A stretch of DNA of 64,000 nt. Source: Lama guanicoe (lineage: Eukaryota). The notes below the pieces were generated by a model. It was not told the DNA's origin. It saw nothing but the letters and a program-made list of their open reading frames with translations, and did not search any database. Numbering within the stretch: the first letter of the stretch is position 1; every line of letters begins with the position of its first letter. The translations under genes and the position numbers were made by a program. Below, in pieces: positions 63,098-64,000 of the stretch. Where the stretch lies: contig MU053557.1 of the NCBI GenBank assembly GCA_013239625.1, forward strand, positions 3,502,123 through 3,566,122, given 5' to 3'.

Positions 63098-64000
63098 ATG
63101 TGGTGAATTACAATAATGGATTTTCAAATGATGAACCAGCTTTGGATACCTGGGATAAATCTTGCTTGATCATGCTGTATAATTCTTTTTACACTTTTTT
63201 TTTTTTGGATTTGATTTGCTAACCTTTTATTGAAGATTTTCACATGTATGATCAAAAGAGCTATTGGTCTGTAGTATTCTTTGCCTTAATATTTTTGTCT
63301 AATTTTGGTATTAGGGTAATATTTGCCTCATAGAATGAGTTAGAAAGTATCCCCTCAGTTTCTATCCTCTGAAAGAGATTGTGGAGAATTGTTATCATTT
63401 CTTCCTTAACTGTTTGGTATAATTCACCAGGGAAACTTTCTGGGCCTGATGTTTTTTGTTTCGGAAGGTTATTAATTATTGATTCAGTTTCTTTAGTAGA
63501 TATAGGCCTATTCAGGTCATCTATTTCTCCTTGTGTGAGTTTTGGCAGATTGTGGCTTTCAAACAAGTGATTTATTTCATTTAAGTGATCAAATTTGTGG
63601 GTATAGAGTTATTTATAGTATTCCTATATTGGCCTATCTTGTGTGCTGCCCCCACATTTATTTCTCATGTTTGTAATTTGTGTCTTTGCTCTTTTTTCCC
63701 CCTTAGTTAGGCTGTATAGAGGCTTATCAATTTTATTGATCTTTTCAAAGAAACGGTTCTTGGTTTTATTGATTTTTCTCTATTGACTTCCTTTTTTCAA
63801 TTTCTGTTCTAATTGTTATTTCTTTTTTTCTGCTTACTTTCCATTTAGTTTGCTCTTTTTATCTAGTTCCCTAAGGCAGAAATTCAGGTTATTGATTTTA
63901 AAACTTTCTTCTTTTTAATGTGTGCATTCAATGCTCTGTATCTCTTTCTAAGCACTGTTTTGCTGCATCACACACGTTTTTGATAAGTTGTGTTTTTATT
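63098..64000 (-). mobile_element. Old L1 ORF2 internal fragment
   Basis: ORF 63261-63566 (LNRPIST..IINNLPKQKTSGP..FYEANITLIPK) is L1 ORF2. Confidence 0.9.

Noticed and set aside
1..64000. Prokaryotic-type systems (operons, defence loci, rRNA)
   Set aside because: Low coding density and pervasive mammalian LINE/SINE/LTR content

Overview
Mammalian (not prokaryotic) genomic DNA, dominated by transposable elements. The tRNA-derived SINE (GGGGAGGGTATAGCTCAGTGGTAGAG...) and the young L1 3' ends point to a camelid (camel/alpaca/llama); this is inferred from remembered repeat consensus, not a search. The window holds about 8 young 5'-truncated L1 copies (most with TSDs), older L1/L2/MIR/DNA-transposon fossils, several ERV1-type solo LTRs (some with perfect 4-bp TSDs) and two decayed non-coding proviruses. 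No host gene could be named. Highlights: (1) an unannotated-looking minus-strand ORF/two-exon candidate (14990-14552, 13585-13413) with strong Kozak and a signal peptide, hit by a solo LTR; (2) a 1.4-kb CpG-rich two-monomer minisatellite with higher-order structure inside a proviral leader; (3) a short local duplicate that looks like a GT-AG-spliced copy of its neighbour; (4) an RTE-clade endonuclease fossil in a 199-codon open frame; (5) a SINE with an L1-like 3' extension inside its TSD. Repeat family names are from pattern recognition and need RepeatMasker/Dfam confirmation; fossil-repeat boundaries are approximate.
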